A stretch of 61,284 nucleotides of DNA, filler included, from Sphacelaria rigidula (lineage: Eukaryota): the NCBI GenBank assembly GCA_964200075.2. It is 8 parts of 8 records of this genome, joined end to end, with 100 filler letters (N's around TTAATTAATTAA, not from the genome) between each part and the next. Parts side by side here need not be neighbours in the genome. Positions count along the whole stretch, not along the records: positions 7,675 to 15,248 come from CAXNAA020014280.1; positions 15,349 to 22,921 come from CAXNAA020014281.1; positions 23,022 to 30,594 come from CAXNAA020014282.1; 5 more parts are not named here. One strand, given 5' to 3'. Shown here piece by piece: positions 13,368 to 25,125 of this stretch (position 1 is its first letter; every line of letters starts with the position of its first letter). The position numbers and the translations under genes are program-made. The notes under the pieces were generated by a model. That model saw only the letters and a list, made by a program, of their open reading frames with translations, had not been told where the DNA came from and searched no databases.

Positions 13368-14784
13368 TGTGCGACACGACGGTCCATTTTTGTCGTGCAG
13401 AGTGTTGTCATTTTATGTCCGTCTGACGGATGACCTGTACCGACTATGCAAGTCGGGTCTTGAATATAAATCTGTCCGCTCCGCCGTAATGCTCTTTTGC
13501 CGCCGCACCCGATGGCCCGATGGTACTATTCTATACAACTGATCAGAAGAAACACGGGTTCAATTCTCACCGGACGCGTCTGTTATTATTATCATTATGT
13601 TCGTCACATTAGCTCGATCTCTCGAACCCGTGGTCACAGCGTGCAAGGAGCATACGACCCGTACCCATACCTCAGACAGCCCGCAGAGGAAGGCGAGAAA
13701 CAAAATATCTGCACAAAAAAAGGGCACCTACACTACGAAAGAACCGTGTAAGACCGGTTGAACTACAGGAGATCTACTGGCATCTAAAAAGTCCCCGCGT
13801 GTGGCCTCTCCGACTACCTCGCTTGGGACGTACTGGTGTATACACAGACAGTGAGAAAGCCGGTAATCGAAAGTCTCGCATAGAACAGAGACAATTCCCA
13901 AAATAGATCTTCTGTCTAGAGTTCTGTTCTAGTTTAGCTTTTATTCTCAGAAAGTGTTTATGATTTCCAGTCGTCGAAAACGTGAGAGCATGAGTGACGC
14001 CGAGAGTCTGTTTCGCTGAGTTTGTCAGGTGTATCCAAGATGGTCTACCTCCATAGCCGCACCGAACGACGCCCAAAATGTCAGTTTCATGGATCGCACA
14101 ACTCCGGGACACGATTTTGTTCTATAGTCCAATTTGAAAAATCAGGGTTAAATCCGCCCGAGTAGGGATCGGGTTTCATCTCTATGTCCCAAGTAATGTC
14201 TGTCGCGTCATTTTATTTGCGGCATGAATATTATCCAGTAGTCTCTTTGCAATGGATTCCTCTTGACCCCTAGTTCATGTGTATATATATATAACTTTGA
14301 TATCCCATTAGACTTCATAGCGCAGGAGAATTCGGTAAGAAAATTGATGCCCTCCGTAGAGGAGGGGCAGTGGTGAGGACCAGAGTCTCTCCTGCTAAAT
14401 TTCTCTCTGTCAAACCGTTTGATTGCGAGGATAGATAATCTGGGCCATGTTCTAATTGTTTCAAGCAATATTGTTACGCATCGATTCAGCACATGACCAA
14501 CTGTGGCGGTCAGAGGGTTGAATGGATAAGAAAAACGCGAACGTTTTCTCACGGGTAATTTGGTGGAGACGGCGAAATTCGAGGCGCTTATCGCGGTGTA
14601 AATCCTCCTTTCCGGGGTTGTGTTCCATACGGACAGTGTATATACCCGAAAGTGGGCGATTTTTGGTTGGTTTGCTAAACCATACCGGAATGTGTATCGA
14701 ACGTTTCGGTATGGTTCGGAAGGGCATTTGCCGATAAAATGCCTGTGTTTTGCTTCTTTTTTTTTTTCAACGTCTTAGTCTACT

Positions 14785-14938
14785 CTACCGTTCTGTACGA
14801 CTTTTTTTGTTGTTCCTTCTACCTCTTCAGCGAGTGTTTCTGTTTTGTTTTTTGGGGTACGTCTATTATGTGACCACGGCTGGATCATGACCCCTGGGGG
14901 TCAGTCAAAGTGCGACGATCAATGATCAAATCAATCAA
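14785..14938 (+). mobile_element. Probable LINE/retroposon 3' end with TCAA tail
   Basis: Second copy of the 2975-3120 sequence. Confidence 0.5.
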
Positions 14939-15120
14939 TAATGGCCTCTATCGTACTTTTGTCAACACCGTACCCGAATATCAGCCGATATACCCCGTAG
15001 GTATGGACTGGAATATGGCCATTTGACATCCGACACGACGGGAGGGGGGAAGGAGGGGCAGGGACAGCGACAACATTCAGAAATGGCAACCCATCAATAC
15101 TACGGAATCCCCCCCCCCCC

Positions 15121-15248
15121 GTTCCCGGATGATTTTGTGAGAATTTCAGGGACACCAGAAGGACTACAGACACAAATAGACAAGGCGCTAGAATACACTA
15201 GGCAATGGAGGGTGACAACGAATGTCAACAAATGCGCGGTACTCGTCT
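15121..15248 (+). pseudogene. Non-LTR (LINE) reverse transcriptase fragment, cut by the contig end
   Basis: FPDDFVRISGTPEGLQTQIDKALEYTRQWRVTTNVNKCAVL contains a FADD-type motif followed by LQ...W...N..K. Confidence 0.75.
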
Positions 15249-15348
15249 NNNNNNNNNNNNNNNNNNNNNNNNNNNNNNNNNNNNNNNNNNNNTTAATTAA
15301 TTAANNNNNNNNNNNNNNNNNNNNNNNNNNNNNNNNNNNNNNNNNNNN
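15249..15348. other. Artificial contig spacer
   Basis: 44N-TTAATTAATTAA-44N. Confidence 0.98.
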
Positions 15349-15649
15349 TTCGCGCTTGGTGATTGAGCGCGAGCCTGATCCGGCGAAAACCCGGCGTGCT
15401 GCGTCCCGGCTTTGTTGGGATGCGAGGTCAATGGTCATGTGATATGGCACGCATTCTCATGAGTACACCCCTACAAAGCCGGTACGGAGGACGCCGGGTT
15501 TCCGTCGGACCAGGCTACAGGGGGGCGGGGGTGTTCTCATGATCATCCATGCCATAGTCATAGGACCATTGACCTCGCATCCCTACAAAGCCGGGGCGGA
15601 GCACGGGGTTTTCGCTGGACCAGGCTCGCACTCAATCACCAAGCGCGAA
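15349..15649. repeat. Imperfect inverted repeat with ~120-bp arms (15349-15471 and 15528-15649)
   Basis: The reverse complement of the left arm aligns to the right arm (ggggtgt.ctcatga...gaccattgacctcgcatccc.acaaagccggg...ctcaatcaccaagcgcgaa). Confidence 0.8.
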
Positions 15650-16271
15650 GCGCCGGGGTGTGTTCGGCGAGTCGCATGAAGGGTGATCCTGCTAGGATTG
15701 TTCGGCCCGAAGCGTACTAATTGTTGTCTTACATTTGGATGAGAGACTACAACGAGTTGCTTCATTCTCGGGTATCGCCATTTCCAGGGACATCCATGGC
15801 TTATACACTGCTGAGTGTCTCACCATCAGGGGGATGGGGGGGATAATGTTTGCGGCCGGCGTGTTTCTGCCTCTACAGTCAGAACCCCAGAACCTGCCTG
15901 GAAGTCATAACCAATCGAACAGCACATTTGCACAGAGCCAACAGTCCAGCCAATGCATTTCACATTCACCCAGCCAGACGAATGCTGCGATAGGGGGGTG
16001 TGTGTGTTCTGGATCACGTGTTCCACGAACGAGCCACTTCGCAGTCATCCTACGACAGGGAATCGGGTGTTTTGGCCCTGTTCTTGCGCGAAGAAGATAC
16101 TATTAACCATCGCTGCAAGCATCGAACTTCGTTCGCATGCCCTTGTTACCAACAACACACGCTTTCACAGGGATTGACATACCTTTCACCCACCTACAAG
16201 GATGACCAGCCTTCGAGGTCGTATTATTACACACTCATCAACCAAGGTGATGTACTTTTCTCGGTACCACC

Positions 16272-16700
16272 TGTTATGGCGGATATCAGTCCCTTGTGTA
16301 TAAGGCATTCTCGATGTGTATGATGTGGACGATAGGTCGTAGTCCAGCTGTACGTTAGTCGGGTTATATTCCAGTCGGGTTTTGCAGTACGGTATCACCC
16401 CCCGGCCGGTCAATTGTTTTTTGCTGCCTAGCAAGCTCAATAAGAAAGCTATCAGCCACCACCTGGAGACATCTCGCTTGCAAACAAGTCAAGAGCACTC
16501 TTCTGCACGTGAAAGTGAGTCCCTGCTTGGCCTTACGATGCAGTGCTGGTCGGGCTCGAAGGTCTGTTAGTCACGAGTTCGAGGGTCGCTCGTCTTTACT
16601 GCGATCGTTCATTGCGGCCAGCCGCTGACCTCGTGTCACCCCTGGCCTGGTATGATCCTTGAGAGTGACACCAGTATCGCCTCGTGGCTAGACCACTACA
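16272..16700 (+). repeat. 5' LTR (429 bp, TGT...ACA)
   Basis: Starts tgttatggcgg and ends ccactaca directly before the TGG of the PBS. The first 300 bp match 22622-22921 with about 10 substitutions. Confidence 0.9.
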
Positions 16701-16775
16701 TGGTGACCAATCCGAGAATCGAACTAGGGTTTCCACAGCCACAATGTGGTGTACTGACCACTATACTAATTAGTC
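16701..16775 (-). tRNA. Full-length tRNA-His(GUG) sequence with encoded CCA, at the PBS position of the Gypsy element
   Basis: Reverse complement: GACTAAT TA GTAT AGTGGTCA GTAC A CCACA TTGTGGC TGTGG AAAC CCTAG TTCGATT CTCGG ATTGGTC A CCA. This folds as a cloverleaf with anticodon GTG, one T-stem mismatch and intact A and B boxes. Confidence 0.92.
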
Positions 16776-16789
16776 AGGAGCGTTGTGGC

Positions 16790-19700
16790 GCAGCTTGCGC
16801 AAGGCCAACATCTTGGACGATACGCCAAACCCTGAGGCGGCAGGTGCTCTCTGTGCAGCTAAATCATCCCAGGGTAAAGTTCCCCCAATGCACATAGTCG
16901 GTTCCGTAACTGTGCCCTTGCTTTTAACCTCCAACTCTCGGGTCCGTAATGTAACAGTACAAGTAGTGGAGGGCCTGCCGTACGGCTTCATTTTAGGCGC
17001 AGATTATTTCCGGTACAATAATAGTATTATAGATTTCGATCCAGGAAAAAGGGTTCCGCCCCTCGAGAGCGGCGCCGTGGGTCCCGTTCCTGAGGAGCGA
17101 AAATCTTACCTACCACATTAAAGATATATTAGTAGCTGTGAACACCACGACGGAAACCACCGCCTCCCTAGCTGCGCCCGCTTATCCGTCCACTCACAAC
17201 TACCCCAGCTACCCTGACATGGCTTGGAAAGACGACAGCACCCTAGAATGGAAGCCAAGCTTGGTCGGACAAACGATCATGCTCAGCGGCTTCGTCAGCG
17301 CCGCGGTAGAAACAGCCGCGATCGGTCCTCAACCACAGGATACGCAGCTTGTGCTTGTACTCCCACCGGCAAAGTTCGATCTGGATAAGGGGGCAGAGGG
17401 CGCGAAGGGGGTATCGTGGTGGCAGCCGGGGTCGCCGGTGTACTGCAAACTTGTAAATAGAAGTAAGGAGCAGGTAGCGGTGAAGCCTGCTGGCACTGTC
17501 GCGCGTATGATCGCACGAACGTACGTGACCCCGCCAGGTTTCACTCACTGTTTGACCTACATCCATCTACGACAGACCCGCCCGTGGACCCCCCACCCCG
17601 CGCCTCACGTCCAGACAGTAGCTGCTCGGCACAACCAAATCAACGTGACGGACGCCAACATGGGCCAGCTTGGAGCAGCGGAAAAGAGAGAGCTGGTAGA
17701 CACGCTGCTGAGCTTTATCGAAGCTGGATTGTTCCCCACAGACCCCAAGTGGGTTCCCGCTTGTATCAACGGTGAGCTCGAACTCCCCCTCGCTAACGAG
17801 TCATGTGCGCCATTCCCATCTAAGCAACGCCGATTTCCCCCGGAGGAACGTCACATGATCCGCGAAGAGATACACAAGCTTCTTGATCGCGGGATCAGTC
17901 GACCGTCAACCTCCCCATGGGCAGCCCAATGCCTATGCGTGAAAAAAAAGACGGCACGTTGCGCTTGTGCATTGATTGGCGTGAACCGAATAAACTCTTA
18001 GTGTCGGACAGCGGGGGTCTCGGGGATACGCAATCCATTTTCGACGACCTCAAAGGTAAGCGTTACTTTATCCACCTCGACCTGGCCTACGGTTTCCACC
18101 AAATCGAGATCGCTGAGAACTACCGCTTCAAAACGGCGTTCCGAGATGCAGATGGCCTCTTATACAAGTTTACTGGAGCAGGCTTTGGTCTAACAGTTCT
18201 CCCCGCCGCGTTCACCCGTCGGGTAAAAGGTATACGGTAGGACAGTTGGATGGGGTGTTCACCTGGTTTGATGATATCCTTATCGCGACCACATCCTGGG
18301 ACGAGTATCTAGCTCTAGTCGTGACTGCCTTACAGCCCTTGTTGGTCGCGGCATTCTCGGTGAACTTCGCCAGGTGCATTTTTGCAGCGTCGTCGCAAGA
18401 GTTTCTGGGCATGCTGGTAGATAGCAGTGGCGTTCAACCCGCGCCATCCAAGCTCGCCGCCATCGCCGAAATGCCCAGACCATCCACCGTCGAGCAACTA
18501 CGTATTTTCCTCGGCCTCATAGGGTACTTGCGCCAGCTTGTTGAGAAGTACAGCCTAGAAGCCGCCTCACTAACCGACCTGCTTCGTAACAAAGATTTCG
18601 CATCCAAGCGAGCACGAAAGTTGTCCATACCGTGGAATACCGAGCAGGAGGAGGCGTTCCAAACCCTCAAAGCAGCGTTGTCCTCGCCGAAGGTACTAGC
18701 CCTCCCCGATCTCAACACGCCCCCCCCGATCTCAACAACGCGTTTATGCTGCAGACAGACGCAAGCGAGGTGGGTGCTGGGGCGGTGCTGCTGCAGTCTG
18801 TGGGGTGCGAAACACGCATCGTATCATTTGGCAGCCATCGATTCTCTCGCAACGACTCGTGCAGAGCACTCACAGCACGAGAGTGCATGGCTGTCTTGTG
18901 GACTGTCCAGAACTATAGACCATACCTTGCTGGAAGAAGGTTCACGTTGATCACTGAATGTTAGGCACTCACATGGTTGTTCCGTAGCCGCGATCTCTGC
19001 CCCAAGTTGCACAGGTGGTCCCTGCGACTAATGGAGTATGACATCGACCTCCAGTGGCGGTAGGGGTTCCAACATGTGCTGCCAGATGCATTGTCCCGAC
19101 TCCCACACGCGAGTGATCCACAGCCCGACATTGGTGACTCCTTTCCGGACGATTTCACGTCGGGCTTGCCGACAGAATTTGTAGGCCCACAGGGACCACA
19201 ACTCGCGGGACAACGACTGTTGGAACTACAACCAGAAGGAGCGGGTACGTCAGTGAGCGCAGACACAAGTATGCACTCATCGTCGAACTCCAACAACCCA
19301 CCGGACATCGCAACCCTGAGGTTACTCCCTTTCTCAGGAAGCAAGCGCAGTCATCACCGATAACCAACCTGTGCGCCGTTCAACTCGTACTCGCAGACCG
19401 TCAGTACGCCTGCAACCCCCCGATGCTGCGTATACAACACCCCTGCCCTTCACTCCTCAAGTGGTCCCCCCGAATCCGCCCGCAGAGCCAACGCCGATTG
19501 AAATACCGCTACAGGTGCCGACATTGATCGTTCCGCCGACAACTGGTGACGGGGTAGGAGTGGGTGAAGTGCTCCTAGACGGGGGGAGAGATGCCAACGG
19601 GGTAAGCGGACCCGGACCTGACGGACACAACGGCGATCGATCGTGCACTACGGATACTCACCAACGTGAGCAATCTCCGGCACCATCAACAAGGGGATTC

Positions 19701-21467
19701 CTTCCTCAAACAGGTGCAGTCAAATCTTGCAGGCAGCGAAACACCAGAGACGGTGAGTGAGAGACGATCAGACTACAAATCAGACGAGCAAGGTATGCTG
19801 TGGTACCGAGCAGCCGACGATAATGAGCTGCTAGCTGTCCCGAAAACGGTGGTAGCTGACCTGTTGGCACTCGTGCATGCACTCCACGGACATGTCGGAG
19901 TAGGCGCCACCCTTGCTCTGATGCACGATCGCTTCCACTGGTCTACCATGACACGTGACACCAGACAGTACATGTTATGTGCAGCTGTAGACGACGCAAG
20001 GCAAGCCGCTGTCAAATGGCGAGGAGACCGGGGCGCACTCTACACCCATGGGCCGAGTTGGAAATCGACCCACTTACCATTGATGTGATGTCGCACTCGC
20101 GCAACAAGTATATTCTGCTGGTACTTGAACGCGCCTCCCGATTCCCGTTCGGGTTTCCTCTGCCATCAAAGGAAGCGGACAAGATCGCACGCATCCTAGC
20201 AGAGTTATGCCTAACGTTTGGTGCTATCCCACAAATGGTCCGCTGCGACAGGGGCAAAGAGTTTGGGGCCGATGTCGTCACGCATCTGTGCAGGCGGTTG
20301 AAGGCGGACATCACCTTCGGGCCGTCAGACCACCCACGCGGTCAGGAAGCGGTCGAGCGACTTGGGGGGTGGCTGTTAAACATGCTATCGGAACTGTGTA
20401 GGCTGTGGCCCCAGAGGCGGGATGAATATGTCTCACCCGCCCTCTGGATCAAGCGCACATTGCCCGACACATCGGTCCCCTGTAACATGTCCTCTTTTGA
20501 GCTGTTATTCGGCCGCAAACCGCGCACATCGCTGGACTCGCTCGTGCCCCTCTCACAAGAAGCAGGACCGAGCAAGGGACTAGATGCCTTCGTTGAAGAG
20601 CGCAAACAGAACCTGCGCGAGGTAAGGATGCCGATGGACAAAAGGCAGGGGGCAAAAGCAGCGTTGCGGGAGAAGGGCAATGCAGCCATCTCGAGACCAT
20701 CAGCAGGCGTGTCGGTCACGGAAGGGAATCTGGTAATGGTGAGGGAGAGTGAAAGCTCCACGTATCGAGATGGCAGGGGCTGGAAGCTGCAGCACGACAG
20801 ATATGCGGGACCTTGGACGGTGAAAAAGGTACTGATGGTCGGACACAGTCTCGAGGTAGTGATGCAAGGACGAAAACTACGTACTCGCACAGCAGCCCCG
20901 CCTGATGTCAAACCGTACCATGTACGGCCGCCGTACTTGAGACACTTCATTACCGACGAGTTCGCCCAGTTTGCATGGGGATCGGACTTCAAGATATCGT
21001 CTTCGCCTAACTCCACACCCCGCCTCCTTACCCTAGTGAACCGCCGCGAGTGCAAATCAGGGAAAGGAAGTGCAGGTTGGGAGTACCGAGGAAGGACTCA
21101 GGAGGCGGCGACGTCAGAGTGGCTTCCGGAGAGCAAAGTCCTGGAAAGCTTCACACCTCTGCAACTGGATGGGTTTGACGCACTCTGGTGCCTTCACCAC
21201 CCGGCCAAGACACCAAGTAAGTACGCCGTCTCGCCCAAAAACCCGCTATGCCCCCTGTCACGCAGTAATGCCCTGAACTTGTTCCCCATAGGTCTCATGT
21301 TCCGGAAGAATTTCGGTGGGGTCAAGCAGAAGGGACAAGTGTTCGACTACGGCAAGCATTTCTGGAGAGTGCGATACGACGACGGGGACTAGGACGAGCT
21401 GTCACGGAGAGAACTCCAACGGCTAGCGCAGTCGAGCGAGACGGCAACACCGCCAGTCACGAGCTAG
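16790..21467 (+). pseudogene. pol: Gypsy pol pseudogene: partial protease, RT, RNase H, integrase with C-terminal extensions; multiple frameshifts and stops
   Basis: PR C-terminus FILGADYF. RT: PSTSPWAA, KKDGTLRLCIDWR, LDLAYGFHQI, WFDDILI. RH: LQTDASEVGAGAVLLQ, RECMAVLW, PDALSR. IN: HALHGH...FHW, VRCDRGKEF, AVERLGG, YAGPW. Confidence 0.93.
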
Positions 21468-22604
21468 GAAGTGGCGTAATTGGAAAACAAACAAACAAAA
21501 GAGAATTGCACTAGGCGTGATAAAGCATGGTACCTTGAGAATGTGCAGTCTACATCCTTTTGTTTCCCGTTTTCGTTCTGTTCCGTCATATATATAGTTT
21601 GAGGAAGGAGGTACGAATCGTTGCTTGATTTTTTTTCTTCTTCCTTTCTTCGCCCCCGTTCCCCCTTTTTTAATACTTCGTACATAGATATATGCTTCTG
21701 GCGGATGGATCTCGTTGAATTAGCCGGGGGGTTTTCGTCTCCCCCGGGTTCCATAGCCTCTTTTGCTTGTTTTTTCTAGCCCCTTCTTGTCCTATTGCGC
21801 CTACGCGGCTCCTCCGTTTCGTCATAGCTTGGTTTTTCGTCCTGATTGGAGGTGAAGTTGCGTTGCCCTTTTCCACGCTGTGTACTATGGCTTTATATAT
21901 ATATATATGTATATATTTCTCTCTGTGGTCAGTCCTAGTTCCGTCTCATGCTTTTTTTTTTGTCTCCGTGAATGCGGATCCGACTTCAAGGTGCCTCCCT
22001 CTTTTCGAGTAGAAACAAGTCATGTCGTAGAGGTAGCATTGTACAAGAAATGTGGGCACCGAGTACCTGCCTGGACACTGTTCCATGACAGAACTCTTGA
22101 TCCAAGATGTAAGAACCCCCGCTGTCCACTAGATCAGCGGTTGCTGGTCGATGGGAGAAGAGCCTACGCACTCCCATCAGCCAGCAAACGTATTCTTGTT
22201 TTTAGTGGGTCAGTTTTTTGCGAGTCCCACACTACCCAGGATTGGTGTTATCAATCACGGGTGTCTAAGCGCCGTTACCACCTGAAAACAGTTTCAACGA
22301 TTCTCAGTGGTTTATGTTCCCGGTGTTACTTGGATTCCGGGACGACATAGCACACGCGAAAGCACTCGCCATGATTCGTAGGGGCGTTATTAGAGATTTT
22401 CCCCCCAAACGATGAGGCTTTTCCCCTGAATACCAGGTTTGGCCCATCGTTTGGTTTCATGACAAGTTTCTCCCGTGGTCGTCACTAGCCCTGGAATTCC
22501 TCGGTTTTCTCGTCGATATAAGGCAGATGGTTTGTATTTGAGTGGATTTTCCCCAGTATGAAATGAGCCGTGACGCTCCCTACCTTGCATTCAGCAGCGC
22601 GCAC

Positions 22605-22621
22605 AAAGGAAGAGAGGGGGA
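22605..22621 (+). promoter_or_regulatory. Polypurine tract
   Basis: aaaggaagagaggggga immediately before the 3' LTR. Confidence 0.85.
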
Positions 22622-22921
22622 TATTATCGCGGATATCAGTCCCACATGTATAAGGCATTCTCGATGTGTATGATGTGGACGATAGGTCGTATTCCAGCTG
22701 TACGTTAGTCGGGTTATATTCCAGTCGGGTTTTGCAGTACGGTATCACCCCCCGGCGGGTCAGTTGTTTTTTACTGCCTAGCAAGCTCAATAACAAAGCT
22801 ATCAGCCACCACCTGGAGACATCTCGCTTGCAAACAAGTCAAGAGCACTCTTCTGCACGTGAAAGTGAGTCCCTGCTTGGCCTTACGATGCAGTGCTGGT
22901 CGGGCTCGAAGGTCTGTTAGT
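22622..22921 (+). repeat. 3' LTR (truncated)
   Basis: Direct repeat of 16272-16571. Confidence 0.92.
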
Positions 22922-23021
22922 NNNNNNNNNNNNNNNNNNNNNNNNNNNNNNNNNNNNNNNNNNNNTTAATTAATTAANNNNNNNNNNNNNNNNNNNNNNN
23001 NNNNNNNNNNNNNNNNNNNNN
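22922..23021. other. Artificial contig spacer
   Basis: 44N-TTAATTAATTAA-44N. Confidence 0.98.
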
Positions 23022-25125
23022 CTTGCCTCAACCCTATTCTCAATCGTATCGAAGATTCTCAATCTCACGAAAACATTGTTTTCTGTGGTTCTCCATGCTA
23101 GGTTGAAAATCACAGTTGAGAAAAATTACCTGGAAACCCGAGATGAGTTCCAATATCGATGTCCATCTCTCCTCGAAACTCGCCTAAAATACGGAAAAAA
23201 AGGGAGGGGGGGGGGGAAGAGAAGTGATACATATGGCATAGAAGCTCTTTTTTCTCTTCCATTGTGCACGACCGGTTCTTCATACGGATTTTCAAAGGAC
23301 CACACTCGCAAACACCGAGACGCAATATCCAGATGTAGTGTGCTTAGTGCCTCTGCTCGTTATATATTGATTTTAGTATCGAACGGTACGTGCGCCATAT
23401 CTCGAGATGGATAACGAATCACGTGAGGGTGCGGGCATCTCTCGTCTGCCCGTGCTCCAGGAAATGTCCACACCAAAAATCGTCATTTGTTGAATGTGTC
23501 GTTCGAGGTTTCATATGGACTGTAGTATGGACGCTATCTCCGTACATGCTGGTTCACGGTGATCACCCCAAATTGTGTCAAAAGGAAATGCCTTCCGCAA
23601 TACGCACCCAACAGTCGCATATACGGTATCATGCTGACCGCAATGAGGAGACGAAGAGGGTGACATAGCGGGGGTTGTGTTCAAGGCCATAGCGGTGGCG
23701 CTATGGAAGAAAATGTGTCTCAGCCAATCAGCACCCTTCAAACTATTCCGAGATCGAAATTACGGATACCAAGCCCAATTTTCACCCAATCTCTACATGC
23801 TTCAAGTCGTAGTAACCGTCATCGACACGGAAATCTAAGGAGAGAATCAAATTGTTAAAATGTCTACTACGGGGGTCGATTTATACCCGAAACCGTGATG
23901 TTTCGGTGATGTCGGGTGTTGGCGTCGTCTAATTTCCACTTATGATACGCACGAAAGACCCAGGTAGCCTCGTGATGGTGTCCCCTATATCTGTCGTAGA
24001 AAAGCTCAGATCGCCCTCAAACTCGGCAGTTCCGTAGGTATTGATGCTCAAGACGGAAAAATTGTATTCTGGACAATATATCATGGTTTCTCCGTTCTCT
24101 AGCGGCTTCTGGAGGTCCCAGCATGAAGACCCCCCAAAGGCGGTACAGAACGCCTTAAAGAAAAACAAGTGAAATGATGCGTCCCGGGATAGTCCAAGAA
24201 ACACATGTACAAACTTTGGTGGAGAAACTCGAAAACATCGTACAGTTTTTCTTGCCTTGACGTCAAATTCACCCCAAAAGACGTTTCCATACTAAATCCA
24301 AGTAGTTAGGAGTTACACGTTTCAAGCGCACGTCCTCCACAAACGCGCAAACTTTCCACACCCTGGACACCACAATGTGTTTCCAATATATAGTGGTCGA
24401 TCATATTGGAATTTTGCGATATATTGCCGGTGTGATATATATTTATACCCTTAGACTGCACATGTATTGCGCGCCACTCACCGGATGAAATGAGGAGATT
24501 CCACTTGCTCAGATGTTTGCAAACGTAGCGCAATTGCTCCTCGTCACTTCTGGCGGTCCCTCGTTGGCTGCAACTACTGCGCTGGCGGCTGTAGTGAGTC
24601 GCACCCATCGGCCAAACTGTTGTCCATGCCCCGTCTACATTGTCATGTTCTAACTACAAAATCGGGCGTACACTATGTAATGGATGATGACGAAAAACGA
24701 CACAAGTCACACCCTATGGTGGATATGTCATACCCTTTTAGGCTTTAGTTCTGTATGCGCGTTTTTACTTAAAGTTAAGCTCCTCATAATTTTTTTATAA
24801 GCTTTCAACCACTTTTTAAGCCCCCACTTCAAGCTTTTTCAGAGCAAGTTAGGCGCGCGTTATGCGCCTAATTCCCGTCCTTGTTGTGATGTTGTGGCAG
24901 TATCCCCTCTCGAGGCGCGCCTTCTAGCATGGAGACAGGACGACGAGTTGGACGTTCGAAGTTTTGACGCTTATTTATTATTCAAAAATGAAGCTTTTCT
25001 TCAGTCATTGTCTTTGAAGGCCACAAACTGCACACGTACACTCTAACCCACGTACGAAAACAACAAATACATGTCACTACACTTATGATGTACATGATGA
25101 TACAGCAGTAGACACTGTAGCCCCT

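Larger units (their letters stand above)
16272..22921 (+). mobile_element. Ty3/Gypsy LTR retrotransposon, decayed and gag-less; 3' LTR truncated by the contig end
   Basis: Two matching LTRs, a PBS, a PPT, and pol domains in PR-RT-RH-IN order. Confidence 0.95.
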
